Part shown: positions 55,417-64,000 of the stretch, piece by piece
Layout: each line of letters opens with the position of its first letter
How positions within the stretch are numbered: the first letter of the stretch is position 1
DNA from: an uncultured Acidobacteriaceae bacterium
GTDB taxonomy: Bacteria; Acidobacteriota; Terriglobia; Terriglobales; Acidobacteriaceae
NCBI GenBank assembly: GCA_963771135.1
Contig: CAVYSC010000002.1
Location: 800,685 to 864,684, forward strand
Direction of reading: 5' to 3'
Length of the DNA stretch: 64,000 nt
Translations under genes and position numbers: made by a program
Notes under the pieces: model-generated
Database searches by the model: none
Told to the model about the DNA's origin: nothing
Seen by the model: only the letters and a program-made list of their open reading frames with translations

Positions 55417-55469
55417 GCGGTGATCAGTTGTCAGTGATCAGTTGTCAGTGATCAGTGGTCTGTTTCAGC
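55414..55469. repeat. heptanucleotide tandem array (8 units)
   Basis: taggcgg tgatcag ttgtcag tgatcag ttgtcag tgatcag tggtctg tttcagc. Begins with the gene's own TAG. Confidence 0.85.
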
Positions 55470-55487
55470 CCTGTGGTTCAGGCAAAA

Positions 55488-56768
55488 ATGCGACTGACCG
55501 TGAGGATTTCGATTGTCGCCGTGATGCTCGTGGCGATGTGCGCCTCCGCCAGCGCGCAGATGCCGATGGGCGGGACGCCGCACACGTTCGAGCAGGAGAT
55601 TAGAAGCCACGACACGTCGGGTACGGCTGCCGAGCCGAATTCCGTGCCGCAGCCGATGTGGATGGCGATGCACGGCGCGTGGATGACGATGTTTCACGGC
55701 AATGCCTTCGTTGCCGATATCCAGCAGACGAGCCCGCGCGGCGGCGACAAACTCTTCTCGACCAACTGGTGGATGCCGATGGCGCAGCGCGGCTGGGGCC
55801 GCAGCCAGCTAACGCTGCGCGCCATGCTGAGCCTGGAACCGGCGACGATTACCGGGCGGCAGTATCCATTGCTGTTTCAGCAGGGTGAGACGGCGTATGG
55901 GAATCCGATTGCGGATGGGCAACATCCGCACGATTTCTTCATGGAGACGGCGGCGATCTACGATTATTCGATTTCGAGCCGGACGCTGGTGAGTTTCTAT
56001 CTGGCTCCGGTCGGCGATCCCGCGATTGGGCCGATTGCGTTTCCGCATCGGGTGTCGGCTTTGGAAGATCCGGTCGCGACGCTCGGCCATCATCAGGAGG
56101 ATTCAACGCACATCTCCGACGGCGTGGTGACGGCGGGGCTGGCGCACGGGTGGGCGCGGATGGAGGCCAGCGGATTTCATGGCCGCGAGCCGAACGAGCA
56201 GCGGTGGGCAATTCAGCAGGGAGCGATGGATTCGTGGTCGCTGCGGCTGACGCTGCAACCCGGACAAAACTGGAGCGGGCAGGTTTCCTACGGACGGCTG
56301 CACAGTCCGGAAGCGCTGTATCCGACGGAGGACCAGGCGCGCACGACCGCATCGATCCTGTACAACCGAGCTTTGCATGCCGGGAACTGGGCGAACACGG
56401 TGGCGTGGGGACACACGCGGTCGATTCCGGATGGCGCCATTGAGAACAGCTACCTGCTCGAGTCGACGCTGCGCTTTTGGCGACGCAATTATGCATGGAC
56501 GCGGATCGAGGATGTCGCGCGCACGAATGAGCTGCTGCTCGGGGAGCGTCCTCTGCCGCCTGGTTTCCAGGAGGAGCCGGTGGGGCGCGTGCAGGCCTAT
56601 ACGTTCGGGTACGATCGCGATTTGCCGCGGCTGCCGCATTTCGAGACAGCTCTGGGCGCGCAGGTGACCGCATACGCCGACAGCACGAAATTGCAGCCGG
56701 TGTATGGAACGGATCCATTGGGGGTGGTGGTGTTTTTGCGGGTGCGGCCGGTGGGGCGGGGACAGTGA
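55488..56768 (+). CDS. hypothetical exported protein (possibly an outer-membrane beta-barrel)
   Basis: Signal peptide MRLTVRISIVAVMLVAMCASASAQ. Aromatic-rich alternating pattern. No family recognised. Confidence 0.5.
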   Translation: MRLTVRISIVAVMLVAMCASASAQMPMGGTPHTFEQEIRSHDTSGTAAEPNSVPQPMWMAMHGAWMTMFHGNAFVADIQQTSPRGGDKLFSTNWWMPMAQRGWGRSQLTLRAMLSLEPATITGRQYPLLFQQGETAYGNPIADGQHPHDFFMETAAIYDYSISSRTLVSFYLAPVGDPAIGPIAFPHRVSALEDPVATLGHHQEDSTHISDGVVTAGLAHGWARMEASGFHGREPNEQRWAIQQGAMDSWSLRLTLQPGQNWSGQVSYGRLHSPEALYPTEDQARTTASILYNRALHAGNWANTVAWGHTRSIPDGAIENSYLLESTLRFWRRNYAWTRIEDVARTNELLLGERPLPPGFQEEPVGRVQAYTFGYDRDLPRLPHFETALGAQVTAYADSTKLQPVYGTDPLGVVVFLRVRPVGRGQ

Positions 56769-56808
56769 GGGGAGTCGTCGAGAGTTGCTCACCTTATTCG
56801 CGATGAGG

Positions 56809-56835
56809 CTGCGGACAAGGGTGGGGCACCCAGCT
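56809..56835. repeat. REP half-site (reverse orientation)
   Basis: gctgcggacaagggtggggcacccagc is the reverse complement of gggtgccccacccttgtccgcagc. Confidence 0.55.
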
Positions 56836-56886
56836 TGATTCCTGGTCTTGATTCCGAGGCTGGGCCGCGTTAACGTAGCGGTACAC

Positions 56887-56908
56887 GGGAAAGGAGGATG
56901 ATCCAGCC
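56887..56908 (+). other. 22-nt tract complementary to the conserved 16S rRNA 3' terminus
   Basis: gggaaaggagg-a-tgatccagcc, compared with the universal reverse-primer sequence AAGGAGGTGATCCAGCC. All 17 primer positions match, with one inserted A. Confidence 0.5.
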
Positions 56909-57162
56909 TATGAAAAATTCCGATGGTAGTAGTTGCACGACGACACGTGAGGTGACTGAGGCTTAGAGCCGCTTTTCGCCGGAAACCTAAGTCCTGGCGT
57001 CAACACAACGCCGAGGCCCGCCAGACCGGTCCTGCACGATTGCAGGGCCGGCGCGCAAGCGAATGGCGCCTCAGGTCAAACTCCACAGCTCACCGGTGAT
57101 GAAGGCCCGCATGCCGAACCAGGCAGCGGGCCTTTCACGTTTGGGGCTGGGACATCCGCGGC

Positions 57163-57197
57163 TATATGACCATGGTAAGATGACCATAGTCATATGG
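57163..57197. promoter_or_regulatory. candidate operator upstream of the Phd/VapC module
   Basis: tatatgaccatggtaagatgaccatagtcatatgg. Inverted atatgac/gtcatat arms and a direct atgaccat x2, lying 10 nt upstream of GTG 57207. Confidence 0.3.
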
Positions 57198-57206
57198 AGA
57201 AGAACC

Positions 57207-57524
57207 GTGAAAACGCTTCCAGCAGGAAAATTCAAGGCGCAGTGCCTCGCGTTGATTGATGATGTGTACGAGCACGGAGGCGAGGTGTTGATCACGAAGA
57301 GGGGCAAGCCCAAGGCAAAACTGGTGCCGATTGCCGAAAGGAAGCCCGAGAGCACCTTTGGGTTTCTGAAAGGGAGAGCCAGGGTAGTGGGCGACATCGT
57401 CTCGCCGATCGTTGAGCCCGGGGAATGGGATCAGGATGTCTTTCCGCCGAGCACTCGGGAGCCGGGGCGTGACCGCGAGAAGATCAAACCGGAGCGTTCC
57501 GGGAGGGCAAGGCGGCGCGCGTGA
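57207..57524 (+). CDS. Phd/YefM-family antitoxin
   Basis: KTLPAGKFKAQCLALIDDVYEHGGEVLITKRGKPKAKLVPI. GGAG lies 7 nt before GTG 57207. Its TGA overlaps the vapC GTG (GTGA at 57521-57524). Confidence 0.75.
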   Translation: MKTLPAGKFKAQCLALIDDVYEHGGEVLITKRGKPKAKLVPIAERKPESTFGFLKGRARVVGDIVSPIVEPGEWDQDVFPPSTREPGRDREKIKPERSGRARRRA

Positions 57525-57913
57525 TCGCACTGGACACGAATGCTGTTGTCTGGCTCGGCGAGAATCCGGAGCGGCTATCCCGTGCGGCAGTTCGGGCCAT
57601 TGAGAGCGCGGTGGAGAGCGGCGAAGGTCTCATGGTTTCCAGCGCATCCTTTTATGAGATTGCGCTGGGGATTCAGCGCGGACGAATTGAGACTTCGGCC
57701 ACGATCGAGGAGCTTCTGGCTGCCATTGAGCGCCGGTTCATGGTCGCTCCGATGACGGCGGAGATTGCGACCGCCGCGGCTCAGCTTCCCACGGAATTTC
57801 CTCGCGATCCGTTTGACCGCATCATTGCCGCGACGGCCATGGCGCACCGCGCTCCTCTGGTTACAGCGGATGAGCAGATTCGCAAATCCCGCGTTCTTCG
57901 CGTGATCTGGTAG
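57521..57913 (+). CDS. vapC: VapC-family PIN-domain toxin
   Basis: IALDTNAVVWL...SSASFYEIAL...DPFDRIIAATAMAHRAPLVTADEQI. Confidence 0.9.
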   Translation: MIALDTNAVVWLGENPERLSRAAVRAIESAVESGEGLMVSSASFYEIALGIQRGRIETSATIEELLAAIERRFMVAPMTAEIATAAAQLPTEFPRDPFDRIIAATAMAHRAPLVTADEQIRKSRVLRVIW

Positions 57914-57953
57914 GCGTCTCGTCGCGCGTCGCATGCGGACGTAGAATGTCCTC

Positions 57954-58724
57954 ATGGAACCCCTGGTCATTGCAGGCAAAGCGTTTCAGTCCCGTTTGAT
58001 CGTGGGCACGGGCAAATACAAGGATGGGCCGGAGACGCAGGCGGCCATTGAAGCGTCGGGTGCGGAGATGGTGACGGTGGCGGTGCGGCGCGTGAACCTC
58101 GACCGCTCGCGCGAGTCGCTGCTGGACTACATCGATCCACGGCGGTATTTTCTGCTGCCGAACACGGCCGGCTGCTACACGGCCGATGAGGCGGTGCGGG
58201 CGGCGCGGCTGGGGCGGGAAGTCGGGATTTCCGATTGGGTGAAGGTGGAGGTGATCGGGGACCAGGCCACGCTGTATCCCGACGTGCAGGCGACGCTGGA
58301 GGCGACGCGCACGCTGGTGAAGGAAGGATTCACGGTGCTGCCGTACACGTCGGACGACGTGGTGTTCGCGCGCCGGCTGATCGATGCGGGAGCGGCGGCG
58401 GTGATGCCGCTGGCAGCGCCGATTGGGAGTGGGCTGGGGATCCAGAACCGCGCCACGCTGCAGATTCTGCGGGAGAAGATCACGGAGGTGCCGCTGATTG
58501 TGGATGCCGGCGTAGGGACGGCGTCGGACGCGGCGCTGGCGATGGAGATGGGCGCGGACGCGGTGCTGATGAACACGGCGATTGCGGCGGCGGCGAATCC
58601 GATTGTGATGGCGGAGGCGATGCAGCACGCGGTGCTGGCCGGACGCCTGGCGTATCTGGCGGGACGCATGGCGCGGAAGCTGTACGCGACGGCGAGCTCG
58701 CCACTGGAAGGGGTGAGCCGGTAA
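57954..58724 (+). CDS. thiG: thiazole synthase
   Basis: [19 protein letters not shown]...LLPNTAGC...VKVEVIGD...[14 protein letters not shown]...[13 protein letters not shown]. Confidence 0.95.
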   Translation: MEPLVIAGKAFQSRLIVGTGKYKDGPETQAAIEASGAEMVTVAVRRVNLDRSRESLLDYIDPRRYFLLPNTAGCYTADEAVRAARLGREVGISDWVKVEVIGDQATLYPDVQATLEATRTLVKEGFTVLPYTSDDVVFARRLIDAGAAAVMPLAAPIGSGLGIQNRATLQILREKITEVPLIVDAGVGTASDAALAMEMGADAVLMNTAIAAAANPIVMAEAMQHAVLAGRLAYLAGRMARKLYATASSPLEGVSR

Positions 58725-58771
58725 GGCGGGGATCAGTGGTCAGTGATCAGTTGTCAGTTGTCAGTGATCAG
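58722..58771. repeat. heptanucleotide tandem array (7 units)
   Basis: taaggcg gggatcag tggtcag tgatcag ttgtcag ttgtcag tgatcag. Begins with the thiG TAA. Confidence 0.85.
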
Positions 58772-58872
58772 ACGTGGCCGTTGCGAATCTTTGCCGTTTC
58801 TACGCCGTCCTCTTGCGGTAAACTGCTGATGAATTCCTTCGGGTTCGGCTCTCCTGCGCTGAGGTTGCATCG

Positions 58873-59385
58873 ATGCGTGTTTGCGGTATTGACTGCGGGA
58901 CCGAAACCACCGGCTACGGCATCGTCGAGTGGGACGATCGCACCCGTGATCCACGCCTGGTTTCTCTCAGCTTTGGGGGAATCTGCCCGCCCAAAAAGGC
59001 CGCTCTGCCGCAGCGGCTGGCCTTTGTTCATGCGGAATTGGTGACGCTGCTGGCACGGTTCCAGCCGGATGTCGTCTCCGTGGAGGAAGTCTTCTATTCG
59101 GTCAACGCGAAATCGGCGCTGAAGCTGGGACATGTGCGCGGAGTGGCGCTGCTGGCCGCGGCGAGCGCGGGGATTCCAGTGGCCGAATACGCGCCACTGA
59201 CGATCAAGGCAACGGTGACCGGGTACGGACTGGCGGCGAAGGAGCAGGTGCAGTTCATGGTGGCGCGATTGCTCGCGCTGGCGGAAACGCCGGAGCCCGC
59301 GGACGCCGCCGACGCGCTGGCGATCGCGATTTGCCATATCCATCACGCGCAAACGCTCTCGTTGCAGGAGGCTCAGGTCAGCTAG
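58873..59385 (+). CDS. ruvC: crossover junction endodeoxyribonuclease RuvC
   Basis: MRVCGIDCGTETTGYGIV...VSVEEVFYSVNAKSALKLGHVRG...ADAADALAIAICH. Confidence 0.95.
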   Translation: MRVCGIDCGTETTGYGIVEWDDRTRDPRLVSLSFGGICPPKKAALPQRLAFVHAELVTLLARFQPDVVSVEEVFYSVNAKSALKLGHVRGVALLAAASAGIPVAEYAPLTIKATVTGYGLAAKEQVQFMVARLLALAETPEPADAADALAIAICHIHHAQTLSLQEAQVS

Positions 59386-59387
59386 CC

Positions 59388-60098
59388 ATGCGGATCCGCC
59401 ATGTTCCCACGCTCCTGGCCGTCGCGCTGGCTGCCGGCACCCTGGCCGCGCAGTCACGGCCGACGAGCCCCGCGCAGGCACAGCTTTCCGACCTTACCGT
59501 GGGGTCGGGCCGCATCGTGTATACGTTCGATCAGCCGGAACTGCAGCCGCCCCACTACACGATCACGATTGAAGAGAATGGCCTGGGGCGTTTTGTGTCG
59601 AAAGCCGGCGCTCCACCCTCCGATGGGAGCGACGACGTGTATCCGGCGCCAATGGACCGCGAAATTCGCGTGGATCCGGGACTGCTCGCGGATCTTTTTC
59701 GCTATGCGAGGGCGCACGAGTACTTCAACGAAGACTGCAACCGCAGCGGGCGGCGGGCGTTTACGGGCAATAAGACGATCACGTACGTTGGGCCGGATGG
59801 CCGCGGGTCGTGCGCGTTTGTGTGGGCGTCCGATGCCGAGTTGCAGCAGCTGTCGGACCGGTTGAACGCGGTCGCGTTCACGCTGGAGATCGGGCGGCGG
59901 CTGGACGTGGAAGTGCACCACTATCCGCTGGGCCTGGACGCGGAGCTGGAGTCGCTGCAAAACGCGATCAAGGAGCAGCAAGCGTCGGACTTGCCGAATA
60001 TCGCGCCGGAGTTGCAGTACATCGCCTCCGATCAGGACGTGATGGACCGGGTGCGGCGGCGCGCGCTGGCGCTGCTGTCGGGAGCGAGGAGCCAGTAG
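59388..60098 (+). CDS. hypothetical exported protein
   Basis: Signal peptide MRIRHVPTLLAVALAAGTLAAQS. ATG lies 3 nt after the ruvC stop. No family recognised. Confidence 0.5.
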   Translation: MRIRHVPTLLAVALAAGTLAAQSRPTSPAQAQLSDLTVGSGRIVYTFDQPELQPPHYTITIEENGLGRFVSKAGAPPSDGSDDVYPAPMDREIRVDPGLLADLFRYARAHEYFNEDCNRSGRRAFTGNKTITYVGPDGRGSCAFVWASDAELQQLSDRLNAVAFTLEIGRRLDVEVHHYPLGLDAELESLQNAIKEQQASDLPNIAPELQYIASDQDVMDRVRRRALALLSGARSQ

Positions 60099-60199
60099 CC
60101 AGTAGCCGGTAGCCGGTGGCCAGTAGCCGGGAGCCGGTAGGCGGTGGCCAGTAGTCAGTAGCCGGTAGCCAGCAGCCGGTGATCAGGAGTCCGGAGTCG
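60088..60199. repeat. heptanucleotide tandem array (16 units, the largest in the window)
   Basis: ggagcca gtagcca gtagccg gtagccg gtggcca gtagccg ggagccg gtaggcg gtggcca gtagtca gtagccg gtagcca gcagccg gtgatca ggagtcc ggagtcg. The upstream gene's TAG lies in unit 2. Confidence 0.9.
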
Positions 60200-60208
60200 G
60201 ACTCCGTT

Positions 60209-60230
60209 CTGTCGAAATCCTGTCGTCTTC
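60209..60230 (+). promoter_or_regulatory. Pho-box-like direct repeat upstream of pstS
   Basis: CTGTCGaaatc CTGTCGtcttc, two hexamers at 11-bp spacing as in the E. coli PhoB box CTGTCA-N5-CTGTCA. It lies about 300 nt upstream of the pstS ATG. Confidence 0.4.
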
Positions 60231-60533
60231 CAGTCCTCTTTGCCCATCCGGCATACCCCTATTGTGAAAGCTCGGTTAATTTCGCAACTCCTACCCGGGA
60301 GAAAGGCCAATCCGGCGTGGGAACGCGGTATTCTCCCTTCGCAGCGGAAGCCCTGTTTTCCGCTTCGGCCGTAACCCTAAAGTGTTCCATCACTCCGGGA
60401 TGCAGGTTTAACGATGCCGCAACATTGGTTCCCTAAGATAGCGGCTGACGGCGATATCGCCTGAGGAAGGGGAGGGACGATGATGCAGTTTTGGAAAAGC
60501 GTGGAAACGATGAAGCGGGGGGATGGACGAAAG

Positions 60534-61583
60534 ATGAGCAAGTTCAGCAAGATCATGAGCGGGCGGCTGTTTCTGGGAGCAGGCGTGGCACTGGCATGCG
60601 CCTCCGTCCTGGCGGTCGCGGCGTACGCGGCGGGAACCATCACCGGCGCCGGCAGCACCTGGGTTTATCCGCTGGTTGCCAAGTGGTCCGCAGCCTACCA
60701 GGCGAAAACCGGCATTCAGGTGAACTACCAGTCGATCGGATCGGGCGGCGGAATCGCGCAGATCGAAGCCGGGACGGTGGCCTTTGGCGCGAGCGACATG
60801 CCGCTGACCCCGGAAGCTCTCCGCGCCGCGGGGCTGATTCAGTTCCCGACGGCGGTGGCCGGCGAAGATCTGGTCTACAACATTCCAGGAATCGGACCGG
60901 AACAACTGGTTCTGAGCGGGCCGGTGGTTGCCGATATCTATCTGGCGAAAATCAAGAAGTGGAACGATCCGGAGATTGCCAAGCTGAACCCCGGTCTGAA
61001 CCTGCCCGACATGGACGTCACGGTGGTGCACCGGTCCGACGGCTCGGGGACGACCTTTACGTTCTGCGATTACCTCTCGAAAGTCAGCCAGGAATGGAAG
61101 GAAAAAGTGGGCGAAAACACCTCTGTGGCCTGGCCGACCGGGGTTGGCGGAAAAGGCAATGAGGGCGTGGCGTCGTATGTGCAGCGCATCCGCGGCTCGA
61201 TTGGCTACGTCGAGTACGCCTACATCGTGGAGAATCATCTGGCCGATGCCCGTATGATTAACCGCGACGGCAAGATCGTCGCACCCAGCCTCAAGGGCTT
61301 TCAGGACGCGTCGGCGCACGTGGACTGGACCAAGGCGCAGGACTTTTACGTGATCCTGCCCTACCAGCCCGGCCCCGATACCTGGCCGATTGCGGGTTGC
61401 ACGTGGCAGATCCTGCGGAAGAATGCTCCCAAGGCGCAGAACCAGGCCGTCATGAGGTTCTTCGACTGGGGCTTTGAGCACGGACAGCAGATGGCCACGT
61501 CGATTGCTTTCGGCCCCTTGCCGCCGAGCACCGTCAATGCTATCAAGGCCTATTGGCAGAGGGAACTCGGCTACGGCATGTGA
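60534..61583 (+). CDS. pstS: phosphate ABC transporter substrate-binding protein
   Basis: ITGAGSTWVYPLVAKWSAAYQAKTGIQVNYQSIGSGGGIAQI...FGASDMPL...HRSDGSGTTF. Start is ATG 60534 (or 60510). Confidence 0.9.
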   Translation: MSKFSKIMSGRLFLGAGVALACASVLAVAAYAAGTITGAGSTWVYPLVAKWSAAYQAKTGIQVNYQSIGSGGGIAQIEAGTVAFGASDMPLTPEALRAAGLIQFPTAVAGEDLVYNIPGIGPEQLVLSGPVVADIYLAKIKKWNDPEIAKLNPGLNLPDMDVTVVHRSDGSGTTFTFCDYLSKVSQEWKEKVGENTSVAWPTGVGGKGNEGVASYVQRIRGSIGYVEYAYIVENHLADARMINRDGKIVAPSLKGFQDASAHVDWTKAQDFYVILPYQPGPDTWPIAGCTWQILRKNAPKAQNQAVMRFFDWGFEHGQQMATSIAFGPLPPSTVNAIKAYWQRELGYGM

Positions 61584-61629
61584 GTGGTGCTGCCGCCAGT
61601 TTTGTAAGCTCTTGCAATAAGGGAACTGT

Positions 61630-62634
61630 ATGAATGATTCGGATGCTGTGGCGCAGGCCGGATTAGGGCCTGCGTCCACGGTGCCGGAGGCACCAGGGAG
61701 ATCGTGGCGCCTGTCGGGCGATTTTTTGTTTCACCAGGCGGCGGTGCTGGCGGCGTTCCTGGCCGCGGCGGCGCTGTTTGCCACGGTGATCGCGATCACC
61801 ATCGACAGCTGGACGTCGATCCATACGTTTGGCGTCTGGGGATTTCTCAAATCGAGCGAGTGGAACCCGGTTACCCAGACGTTCGGGGCATTTCCGTTCA
61901 TTGTCGGGACGCTGGTCAGTTCGGCCATTGCCCTGGTTCTTGCGGTACCGCTGAGCTTTGGGGTCGCGGTGTTCATCGCCGAGATTGCCCCAAACTGGAT
62001 CAGGAAGCCAATCGCTGGAGCCATCGAGCTGCTGGCGGGCATCCCCAGCATTGTTTATGGCATGTGGGGTCTGCTGGTTTTCGCGCCGGTGTTTGCCAAT
62101 ATGGAGCCGTGGATCAGCAACACATTTGGAAACATCCCGGGGATAGGCGCGCTGTTTCAGGGTCCACCGATGGGGATCGGCATGCTGACCGCGGGGATTA
62201 TCCTGGCGGTCATGATTCTGCCGTACATCTCGTCGATCATGCGGGATGTGTTCCTGATCGTGCCATCGTCGCTGCGTGAATCGGCGTATGCGATGGGGTG
62301 CACGACCTGGGAGGTGGCGTGGCACATCACGTTGCCGTATACGCGCTCGGCGGTGATCGGCGGGATTTTTCTGGGCCTGGGCCGCGCCCTGGGCGAGACG
62401 ATGGCTGTGACTTTCGTGATCGGCAACAGCAACATGATCTCGTCAAGCCTGCTGATGCCCGGCGCGACCATCCCTTCCGTCCTGGCCAATGAATTCACGG
62501 AAGCGACGACCAAGCTCTATGTGTCTTCGCTGATCTACCTGGGGCTGGTCCTGATCGCGATCACGCTGGTGGTGCGGTTTCTGGCCGTACTGCTGATACG
62601 GCGCCTTGGCCGCGGAGAAGGAGCGTCAACGTGA
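61630..62634 (+). CDS. pstC: phosphate ABC transporter permease PstC
   Basis: Multi-TM with the EAA loop SSLRESAYAMGCTTWEVAWHITLPYTRSAVIGG. Sits between pstS and pstA. Confidence 0.9.
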   Translation: MNDSDAVAQAGLGPASTVPEAPGRSWRLSGDFLFHQAAVLAAFLAAAALFATVIAITIDSWTSIHTFGVWGFLKSSEWNPVTQTFGAFPFIVGTLVSSAIALVLAVPLSFGVAVFIAEIAPNWIRKPIAGAIELLAGIPSIVYGMWGLLVFAPVFANMEPWISNTFGNIPGIGALFQGPPMGIGMLTAGIILAVMILPYISSIMRDVFLIVPSSLRESAYAMGCTTWEVAWHITLPYTRSAVIGGIFLGLGRALGETMAVTFVIGNSNMISSSLLMPGATIPSVLANEFTEATTKLYVSSLIYLGLVLIAITLVVRFLAVLLIRRLGRGEGAST

Positions 62635-63479
62635 GCGGCGTGGTTGCAAGGCGCCGCGTCATCGACGTGGCCACCAAGATTCTGATGGGCGTGGCGACGC
62701 TCATCGGGATATTTTTCCTGTTATGGATCCTGTGGACGACGCTGAGGTTCGGCGTGGCCGGCCTGCACTGGGATCTGTTTACCAAGGACACCCCGCCGCC
62801 GGGCACCGACGGCTACGGGCTTCGCAACGCATTTGTCGGGAGTCTGATTCTGCTGGGGTTATCGCTGCTGATCGGAGTGCCGGTGGGATTGATGGCGGGC
62901 ACTTGGCTGGCGGAATATGGCTTTAACAGCCGGATTGCGAACGCGGTGCGATTCATCAACGACATCATGCTGAGCGCGCCGTCGATTGAGATCGGATTGT
63001 TTGCCTATGCGATCATGGTCGACCCCATGGGACACTTTTCGGCGCTGTCCGGCAGTTTCGCGCTGGCGGTACTGATGGTTCCAATCATTGTGCGCACGAC
63101 GGACGAAATGCTGAGCCTCGTGACCAGCGACATGCGCGAGGCGGCGATTGCCCTGGGAGCGCCGAAATCGGTGGTGATCACCAAGGTGACGTGGGTTGCA
63201 GCGCGCGCAGGCATTCTGACCGGGATATTGATTGGTCTGGCCCGTATCTCCGGCGAGACAGCCCCGCTGCTGTTCACCTGCCTGAACAACCAGTACTTTT
63301 CGACCGACGTGATGCATCCCATGGCCAATATTCCGTATGTGATATTCCAGTTTGCGCTCAGCCCTTATACGAACTGGCAGCAAATGGCCTGGGCTGCGGC
63401 ATTCATCACGGTGGTGTTTGTGCTCGTGCTGAGCGCGCTTGCGCGCTTTTTCCTCGGAAGGGTGCAGGTGCAGAAATGA
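62631..63479 (+). CDS. pstA: phosphate ABC transporter permease PstA
   Basis: [33 protein letters not shown]. Its GTG overlaps the pstC stop by 4 nt. Confidence 0.9.
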   Translation: MSGVVARRRVIDVATKILMGVATLIGIFFLLWILWTTLRFGVAGLHWDLFTKDTPPPGTDGYGLRNAFVGSLILLGLSLLIGVPVGLMAGTWLAEYGFNSRIANAVRFINDIMLSAPSIEIGLFAYAIMVDPMGHFSALSGSFALAVLMVPIIVRTTDEMLSLVTSDMREAAIALGAPKSVVITKVTWVAARAGILTGILIGLARISGETAPLLFTCLNNQYFSTDVMHPMANIPYVIFQFALSPYTNWQQMAWAAAFITVVFVLVLSALARFFLGRVQVQK

Positions 63480-64000
63480 CTCCCGATCCAGCAGAAGGAT
63501 TCTCCATGCCGAATGTCCCCGTTTCCATCAAGCCGACCGCCGCGATCCATCCGGCTGCCAGCGCGCACAGTGGCGTGACGGCTCGACAGCCGGTGAAGAT
63601 CGCCGCCCGAGACCTGAACTTCTACTACGGCAAGTTTCATGCCATTAAGGACATCAACGTCGAGATCCGCCAGAACACGGTGACGGCGTTCATTGGGCCG
63701 TCGGGATGCGGGAAATCGACGTTGTTGCGGATTTTCAACCGCATTTACGATCTCTATCCGGGGCAGCGTGCCGAGGGTGAGGTGATGCTGGATGGCGAAA
63801 ACATCCTGACGCCGAAGAAGTTCCCGCAACTGCGGGCCAAGGTGGGCATGGTTTTCCAAAAGCCGACGCCCTTCTCGATGTCGATCTACGAGAACATCGC
63901 GTTTGGGATTCGGCTGTATAAGAGGCCGCCGCGGACGGAAATGGACCATCGCGTGGAGCGTGCTTTGGCGGGGGCCGGCTTGTGGGATGAAGTGAAGGAG
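63476..64000 (+). CDS. pstB: phosphate ABC transporter ATP-binding protein PstB (3' end beyond the window)
   Basis: My own translation from ATG 63476 (ATGA overlap with pstA): ...[56 protein letters not shown]...[22 protein letters not shown]. Open to position 64000. Confidence 0.9.
   Translation, partial: MTPDPAEGFSMPNVPVSIKPTAAIHPAASAHSGVTARQPVKIAARDLNFYYGKFHAIKDINVEIRQNTVTAFIGPSGCGKSTLLRIFNRIYDLYPGQRAEGEVMLDGENILTPKKFPQLRAKVGMVFQKPTPFSMSIYENIAFGIRLYKRPPRTEMDHRVERALAGAGLWDEVKE

Noticed and set aside
56887-56945. Relic of a 16S rRNA gene 3' end on the minus strand.
   Set aside because: Only the terminal 17 nt (interrupted by one inserted base) match. The sequence where helix 45 (GGAA tetraloop hairpin) should be cannot form that hairpin. 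No further rRNA-like sequence or ITS tRNA follows.

Overview
High-G+C window whose gene content suggests Acidobacteriota/Terriglobia (inference from an ADOP-type duplicated FtsX permease, CarboxypepD_reg-type TonB-dependent receptors, bshC and large Ser/Thr kinases). It is mostly chromosomal backbone. Recognisable genes include a REC-Hpt plus LuxR regulator pair, a SpoIIE phosphatase, a GntR-ABC operon, murC, polX, a cold-shock gene, bshC, two Ser/Thr kinases, a TonB receptor next to a histidine-acid phosphatase (phytase), wzi, aceE, argJ, thiG, ruvC and pstSCAB (pstB runs off the end). Between these lie small lower-G+C accessory islets. One holds an AIPR-like abortive-infection gene (19.9-21.1 kb). 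Another holds a decayed MT-A70 methylase, an unknown ORF and an HNH nuclease, followed by MazEF (24.8-28.8 kb). A third is a Crp cassette flanked by a duplicated response-regulator 3' end (32.8-34.8 kb). Two PIN-type toxin-antitoxin pairs are also present. The main non-genic signals are: (i) short period-7 (heptanucleotide) tandem arrays at about 16 gene boundaries; (ii) a GGGTGCCCCAC-headed hairpin (REP-like) family, including four tandem 48-bp copies inserted in frame inside bshC; (iii) many frame disruptions in conserved genes, clustered in aceE and argJ. The frame disruptions could be consensus errors or real decay, and I cannot tell which without reads. I found no rRNA, tRNA, CRISPR array, transposase or integrase. 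No complete, clearly novel multi-gene system can be demonstrated from sequence alone. The best candidates are the heptamer arrays and the methylase/unknown/HNH islet.
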